From Kiritimatiellia bacterium (lineage in GTDB: Bacteria > Verrucomicrobiota > Kiritimatiellia > RFP12 > UBA1067): 64,000 bases of DNA. The notes under the pieces are model-generated. The model made no database searches. It was given only the letters and a program-made list of their open reading frames with translations, and had not been told where the DNA came from. Position numbers and translations under genes: made by a program. Numbering within the stretch: the stretch's first letter is position 1; each line of letters begins with the position of its first letter. Location: positions 64,001 through 128,000 of the forward strand of contig JBMNFY010000017.1 of assembly GCA_050949565.1 (NCBI GenBank). The letters run 5' to 3'. Of this stretch, positions 61,784-64,000 are shown in pieces.

Positions 61784-62046
61784 TGCGGTGACAAGAGCCG
61801 CGCTGTGCGCGGGTCGCGGCACCGCTTTCCCTCCGCGCCGTGCGCAGAGACACTCTTAGTCCTCACTCTTAGTCGGTTACGCTTAGTCGTTCACACTTAG
61901 TCTCCAAAACTTGGTCGATTGCACTAATGACGAGTGTGGGGACGAAGTGTTTTGGACGAGGTGTAACCGACGAAGTGTGGGAACGAAGTGCGGCTCGTGG
62001 GGACACTCGCCCTCCCGGCCCTCGTGAACGTTGAACGTTGAGCGTT
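61784..62046 (+). repeat. Direct repeat B copy 1 (copy 2 at 63185-63412), flanking the FGE-sulfatase gene
   Basis: TGCGGTGACAAGAGCCGCGC...CTTAGTC xN...GACGAAGTG xN...GGCTCGTGGGGACACTCGCCCTCCCGGCC...GAACGTTGA. Confidence 0.88.
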
Positions 62047-63030
62047 CTACCGGAGGATTCTGGCGACGCGAAAGCCAGCATCAATGCACCGGCAGTCCTG
62101 ACCGCAGACACTGCGCCCCGCAGAGCGACAGCCCCATGCGAGGCTGATAAAGCTCCCGCCCCGCATCACGCGGGACGTCCCCGCAGGAGCACCGCCCGGA
62201 TCCTGCGCAACCTCCGGATAAGTCTCGCACCAGTCGAGGCACCACTCGTCCACGTTGCCGTGCATGTCGTAGAGGCCCCATGCGTTAGGCAGATAACTGC
62301 CCGCCGGCGCGGTTCCCGTGTTCGGCGCGCAGTCCTGACTTTCTCCGGAACCACCGTTGTGCCAGTAACGCCCGACCTCCGACACGTTCGGGCAGTTTCC
62401 GATCACCGTCAGGTTCTTGCCACTATTCAGCGCCGTGCCCGTCCCCGCCCGACAAGCGTACTCCCACTGCGACTCCGTCGGCAGATCAAGGGTCGCCAGC
62501 CCGGTCTTCGCCCGTAGCCTGCCCATGAACGATTCCGCATCTACCGCGTCATTTGCGGGCCAGTGCGTCCCTGCGGAATAACCGCGAATGTCGCTGTAGG
62601 TCACCTGCTCTACCGGACGGGTCTGATAGTACGTCGTGTTACTGAAATAGCTGGGTCGGTTCCCCATCACCAGTTCCCACTGCCGTTGCGTCACCTCGAA
62701 GACCCCGATATAGAAGTCCTTCGTCAGCGTCACCCGATGTTGCCGTTCGTCATCACTACGGCTCAGTTCGCCCGAGGGACTACCCATCGTGAACGTCCCC
62801 GCCGGGATGCGGCGCATCACCAATTTTGTGGTTTTGTATTCGTCCGTCCAGCCGTCTGACGGCACACCGCTGAGATAGCTCACGGGATAGTTTGACGCCG
62901 ACGTCCCGCCGGAGAGGTCGACCACCATATAAAGGCCGTTCTCCGCCCGCACACTCGACCCTACCGGGTCACTCGCGAGACAGCCCCCCGCCCCCAATAT
63001 AACCGCCACCCAGAAAACCATCCGCCACAT
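62047..63030 (-). CDS. Secreted formylglycine-generating enzyme family (FGE-sulfatase, C-lectin fold) protein
   Basis: IPAGTFTMGS, EVTQRQW, LPTESQWEYACRAG, PNAWGLYDMHGNV.EW, RGGS...GFRV; RBS GGAGG. Confidence 0.92.
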   Translation of the reverse strand: MWRMVFWVAVILGAGGCLASDPVGSSVRAENGLYMVVDLSGGTSASNYPVSYLSGVPSDGWTDEYKTTKLVMRRIPAGTFTMGSPSGELSRSDDERQHRVTLTKDFYIGVFEVTQRQWELVMGNRPSYFSNTTYYQTRPVEQVTYSDIRGYSAGTHWPANDAVDAESFMGRLRAKTGLATLDLPTESQWEYACRAGTGTALNSGKNLTVIGNCPNVSEVGRYWHNGGSGESQDCAPNTGTAPAGSYLPNAWGLYDMHGNVDEWCLDWCETYPEVAQDPGGAPAGTSRVMRGGSFISLAWGCRSAGRSVCGQDCRCIDAGFRVARILR

Positions 63031-63184
63031 AACCGCCTCCGTTTTGATGGCAAAAAATAACACAGGAGAGGGTGGAGAGTGAATAACGAATTAACAACGG
63101 GCTGAGCGGCGCATGGGCAAACGGTACGTGTCGCCTTCACCGCATTGTCTGTTGTGTTTACTTGGAAGATGTAAAATTTTTGAG

Positions 63185-63606
63185 TGCGGTGACAAGAGCC
63201 GCGCTACGCGCGGGGCGCGGCACCGCTTTCTTCCGCGCCACGCGCGGAAACACACTTAGTCCCCCACGCTTAGTCGGTCACACTTAGTCCTCCAAAAACT
63301 TAGTCGATTGCGCTAACGACGAAGTGTTTGGACGAAGTGTCGCGACGAAGTGCGGCTCGTGGGGACACTCGCCCTCCCGGCCCACTTGAACGTTGAGAGT
63401 TGAGCGTTGAGCGCTCGGAATTGAAGTGGCCCTTTCAGGGCACGCTGGCACGGGGCGACGATACCCAGGGCTGCGCTTCGCTTGCCCTGGGCTAAGGTGA
63501 AGCCGCCCCTTCGGGGCTACTCCCAAAAACCTCTGCGTCTCTGCGTTAAATAAACCCGAGCCATGCCACCCAAAAAACCTTCGTGCCCTTCGTGCTTTCG
63601 TGTGAG
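63185..63606. repeat. Direct repeat B copy 2 plus further REP-like hairpins and triplet modules
   Basis: GCCCTTTCAGGGC, CCCAGGGC...GCCCTGGG, GCCCCTTCGGGGC; CTCTGCGTCTCTGCGTTAAATAAACCCGA as at 4846-4874. Confidence 0.8.
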
Positions 63607-63609
63607 ATT

Positions 63610-64000
63610 TCACTTTTTTGAGGCGCAGATCACGGAGTCCATCGCTTGACCACGGCGCAGGACTTTGACTTTTGAGAACCCGACGGACGTAAGATCATCG
63701 CGCATTTCGCCGAAGGTGAAGGTCCCGCCGCCGGGCGTGTTGACCAGCATGTTGACCGCAAAGAGCGCACCGCTTGCCGGGCGTGTGCGAGACGCATCCA
63801 CGAAGACGTCGCGGATCAGAATCTGACCGCCAGGCTCAAGGGCCGCAAACACCTTCGCGAACAGTTTGCGGTTCTGCTCCCGCGAGTTCTGATGGACGAT
63901 CGCGCTCACCCATGCCAGATCGGCCCCCTTCGGCAATGCGTTTTTCATGAAGTCACCGGGGAACAGCCGCACCCTGCGCGTAAGCCCGGCCTGCCGCATC
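63610..64000 (-). CDS. SAM-dependent O-methyltransferase (5' end outside window)
   Basis: PGDFM...ADLAWVSAIVH...ALEPGG.ILIRD...ALFAVNML. Confidence 0.88.
   Translation of the reverse strand, partial: MRQAGLTRRVRLFPGDFMKNALPKGADLAWVSAIVHQNSREQNRKLFAKVFAALEPGGQILIRDVFVDASRTRPASGALFAVNMLVNTPGGGTFTFGEMRDDLTSVGFSKVKVLRRGQAMDSVICASKK

Noticed and set aside
59700-63610. Classical integron with attC sites
   Set aside because: No integrase in the window and no convincing RYYYAAC...GTTRRRY pairs found by eye.

Overview
GC-rich bacterial chromosomal segment, most consistent with a PVC-superphylum organism (Kiritimatiellota/Verrucomicrobiota-like; inferred from the MurC-MurB fusion, divergent FtsZ, barrel-less autotransporter-repeat proteins and the EF-Tu switch-I insertion). 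Core genes: tRNA-Thr-tuf-rpmG-tRNA-Trp-secE-nusG-rplK, thyX, a pseudouridine synthase, htpG, a PBP/SEDS pair, sppA-murCB-ddl-ftsQAZ, guaB, guaA and an ABC-F ATPase. Accessory content: one complete DDE insertion sequence (20-bp TIRs, CCAA duplication) with a related ~100-bp MITE, two toxin-antitoxin pairs, many REP-like and short-tandem intergenic modules, and two regions with clustered frameshifts that are probably assembly errors. Top observations: (1) a 28-bp duplication plus 33-bp insert inside a secreted-protein gene, with the exact geometry of an off-target type I-E Cas1-Cas2 spacer integration; (2) a polymorphic-toxin-like locus made of a zincin metalloprotease, an orphan C-terminal module, a relic third C-terminus and three genes of one helical partner family; (3) co-oriented accessory genes bounded by long mosaic direct repeats, one of them a possible DGR target; (4) FtsZ with a degenerate T7 loop; (5) GuaA with a truncated glutaminase domain. 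No database searches were run; all alignments were read by eye.
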